From the NCBI GenBank assembly GCA_018716115.1, contig DVKF01000040.1, positions 1 through 57,193 of the forward strand: 57,193 nucleotides of DNA, read 5' to 3'. Below, piece by piece: positions 55,580 to 57,193 of the stretch (the stretch's first letter is position 1; the number at the start of each line of letters is the position of its first letter). Origin of the DNA: Candidatus Alloscybalousia intestinigallinarum (GTDB lineage Bacteria > Bacillota_I > Bacilli_A > RF39 > UBA660). Made by a program: the position numbers and the translations under genes. Under the pieces are notes generated by a model. That model saw nothing but the letters and a program-made list of their open reading frames with translations, did no database searches and was not told the DNA's origin.

Positions 55580-56203
55580 CTATTTTACTTTAATTCCTAA
55601 AATTTGAACCAGAAAAACCGCTTGATAAGGAGAAATAATCATTCCCTTTAAACAGTTCGGCTCGATACGAATTCCTTCAATTAAACAACTAGAAAGATCA
55701 ATTCCACGCATTGGTGTGGTATAAATTTCTACTTCTGACAAATCGTCTTCTTCAAAAATTGCCCCAGAAAAATCCATTCCTTGTAATCTAGCTTCTAAAA
55801 AATTACAGTGATGAAATTCAATCACTTTACACTTACAATCCGCAAAATTACTATACTGTAAATTACAGTTATCAAATAGGCAATCAAAAAAATGAACTTT
55901 AGAAAAACTAGTACCTACTAATTTACAATCATGAAATTCTACACGATAAAATGCGCGATCGACAAATTCAATATTGGAAAAATCACAATGGTAAAATATC
56001 ACATCCATAAAACTAATTTTATCTAAGTCATGTTTTTGAAAAATAATATCATGAAAGATACACTCGTTAAAATCAGTTACGATCATTCCTTCGGGATATG
56101 TTTGTTTAAGAAACTCTAATTGAAAAAATTCTTCCGTATGCATAAGATCTAAAAAAGAAGCCTCAGTCACTTGTTTAATTTTTGGTTTTACTCTTGTTTT
56201 CAT
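55580..56203 (-). CDS. Pentapeptide-repeat protein, Qnr/MfpA-like size and C-terminus
   Basis: 207 aa. Contiguous A(D/N)LxF-type repeats (CDFSNIEFVDRAFYRVEFHDCKLVGTSFSKVHFFDCLFDNCNLQYSNFADCKC...). C-terminus is LKGMIISPYQAVFLVQILGIKV. Confidence 0.75.
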   Translation of the reverse strand: MKTRVKPKIKQVTEASFLDLMHTEEFFQLEFLKQTYPEGMIVTDFNECIFHDIIFQKHDLDKISFMDVIFYHCDFSNIEFVDRAFYRVEFHDCKLVGTSFSKVHFFDCLFDNCNLQYSNFADCKCKVIEFHHCNFLEARLQGMDFSGAIFEEDDLSEVEIYTTPMRGIDLSSCLIEGIRIEPNCLKGMIISPYQAVFLVQILGIKVK

Positions 56204-56272
56204 GAAACCACCATCCTATCCTAATGTATCATCAAAGAAAGAAAAAAGCTAGTCCTAATACTAGGCTCTAGC

Positions 56273-57193
56273 TTAAAAAGTTAATGTATAGCTTTCTACC
56301 GCACCTTCTACCTTTCCACAAGTTAAATCTTTATTAGTATAAACCATCCCACAATAAGAATATACAGTATCTCCAGGATATCCTTGCCATTCGAAAAGAT
56401 TCATATTTCGTCCACACCTCGTACACTTCCAATACCATCCTTTACCACGTGAATCTTCAAATGTACCAGCATATTGAAAGACATTATTTGTGCAAGTCCA
56501 ACTATTATCCGTATAACAAGAATCAGTATGAGTATGCTTATTGACAGTAATTGTAAACTTCTTAGAGTTGACATTTCCAGCATTGTCTTTTACCCAAGCA
56601 TAATAGGTAGCTGTACTTTGGGTAACAGAATAAGGAGTAGTTGTTGAAGTAGAAGATAAGCTGCTCCATGAGGATGGTTGAGAAGAACTAGAAGTAACTG
56701 CATATCCAGACAAGCCAATATCATCACTTAATTGAAGACTAACTTGATTTTGAGTATTATTTGGCAAAGTAATATCCACCGTTGGCAAAACGGTATTTCG
56801 TCTTATCGTATAAACATTAGACCACGCACCACGATTACCTGCTTGATCGACTGCTCGAACATAGAAATTCCAATTTCCATCCCAGTTAATTGTCCAAGGA
56901 TTAGAAACTTGTATACCACTACTTACCCCAGTACTATGTGCATATTCATAATAAGCAATCCCAATATTATCTGAAGCATTAAAATCTTGAATAACGTTTT
57001 GATTAGTCCAAATTCCTGAGATATAGCCATTTAAAAATACCGTTGTCTTACTTGGACTTTCAGTATCCATGTGGATATGATGATTGCCCGTCCAATCACT
57101 TACATTGCCTGCAACATCTACTACTCTAAAACGTTGCGTACAACTACTAAAGCCATTCCATGGAATAAAATTACTTTCCGCCGTAAAGTCAGC
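56273..57193 (-). CDS. C-terminal part of a large Ig-like-repeat surface protein with a Cys-rich terminal module; the ORF continues beyond the right edge
   Basis: The frame stays open upstream of the track's Met (57071..57193 translates ADFTAESNFIPWNGFSSCTQRFRVVDVAGNVSDWTGNHHIH). Repeated D.AGN motifs (VDVAGNVSDW, VDQAGNRGAW, KDNAGNVNSK). The last ~90 aa contain 8 Cys, including KCTRCG. Confidence 0.7.
   Translation of the reverse strand, partial: ADFTAESNFIPWNGFSSCTQRFRVVDVAGNVSDWTGNHHIHMDTESPSKTTVFLNGYISGIWTNQNVIQDFNASDNIGIAYYEYAHSTGVSSGIQVSNPWTINWDGNWNFYVRAVDQAGNRGAWSNVYTIRRNTVLPTVDITLPNNTQNQVSLQLSDDIGLSGYAVTSSSSQPSSWSSLSSTSTTTPYSVTQSTATYYAWVKDNAGNVNSKKFTITVNKHTHTDSCYTDNSWTCTNNVFQYAGTFEDSRGKGWYWKCTRCGRNMNLFEWQGYPGDTVYSYCGMVYTNKDLTCGKVEGAVESYTLTF

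Noticed and set aside
600-56974. Many 60-135-aa ORFs embedded in, or antisense to, longer genes. Examples: 600..797, 1754..2095, 7067..7261, 7924..8157, 8380..8705, 11613..11801, 15757..16014, 17141..17462, 18351..18958, 19472..19739, 24287..24520, 26659..26937, 30721..30960, 34475..35914, 36579..36927, 37692..37892, 40645..40863, 43173..43409, 51708..51962, 52353..52757, 56401..56974.
   Set aside because: Each lies wholly inside a longer ORF that has recognisable domains. They have skewed low-complexity composition typical of shadow ORFs in AT-rich DNA, and I saw no SD for any of them.
1-57193. Looked for CRISPR arrays, tRNA or rRNA genes and long non-coding repeat arrays.
   Set aside because: Non-coding gaps are all under 340 bp. 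None shows regularly spaced direct repeats, cloverleaf-like segments or rRNA-like conserved blocks.

Overview
A 57.2 kb chromosomal segment from a low-GC (about 30%), spore-forming Firmicute. Codon usage, Ger receptor genes and BspA/DUF285 repeats suggest an Erysipelotrichaceae- or Clostridia-like gut organism, but this taxon guess is weak. Coding density is about 90%, mostly on the minus strand. I saw no rRNA, tRNA or CRISPR array.

Recognisable housekeeping or accessory-metabolic genes:
- SufC plus a SufB/D-like protein, PepC, and an OpuC-type compatible-solute ABC importer
- NatAB-like ABC pair, a short Rel-like RSH, an MGMT-domain protein, and a DUF3048 lipoprotein
- a VanRS-like two-component system, a C39-like peptidase, TspO, and a membrane metallophosphoesterase
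- a fused MacB-type ABC transporter, a P-type ATPase, RluA, a hypoxanthine/uracil-DNA-glycosylase-family protein, and a lipoprotein cyclophilin
- an M15/VanY-like peptidase, a RumA-type rRNA methyltransferase, and an LtaS-family sulfatase
- an arylsulfotransferase, a gerA-type germinant receptor operon (A-C-B), and a Qnr-like pentapeptide protein

Mobile or decaying DNA:
- a partial tnpB at the left edge
- a solo large serine recombinase with a roughly 160-aa insertion
- a DUF1016 gene remnant
- a multiply frameshifted transglutaminase-like gene

Best candidates for something undescribed:
1. The orphan same-strand block at 19.3-23.8 kb. It holds a double TM-hairpin/coiled-coil protein, a protein with a Panacea/YwgA-like C-terminal half, and a tandem pair of paralogs with conserved ends and a diverged core.
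2. The atypical serine recombinase.
3. An ABC-F gene with an 8-codon leader peptide whose codons pair with the Shine-Dalgarno region of the ABC-F gene.
4. A Rel-like protein with a natural E-to-Q change in the synthetase motif and no C-terminal regulatory domains beyond TGS.
5. A VanRS-like system sharing an operator-like motif with the C39-like peptidase gene.
6. A minimal kinase-like protein with a truncated paralog, divergent from the ger operon.

All functional calls come from by-eye motif recognition. No database search was possible.
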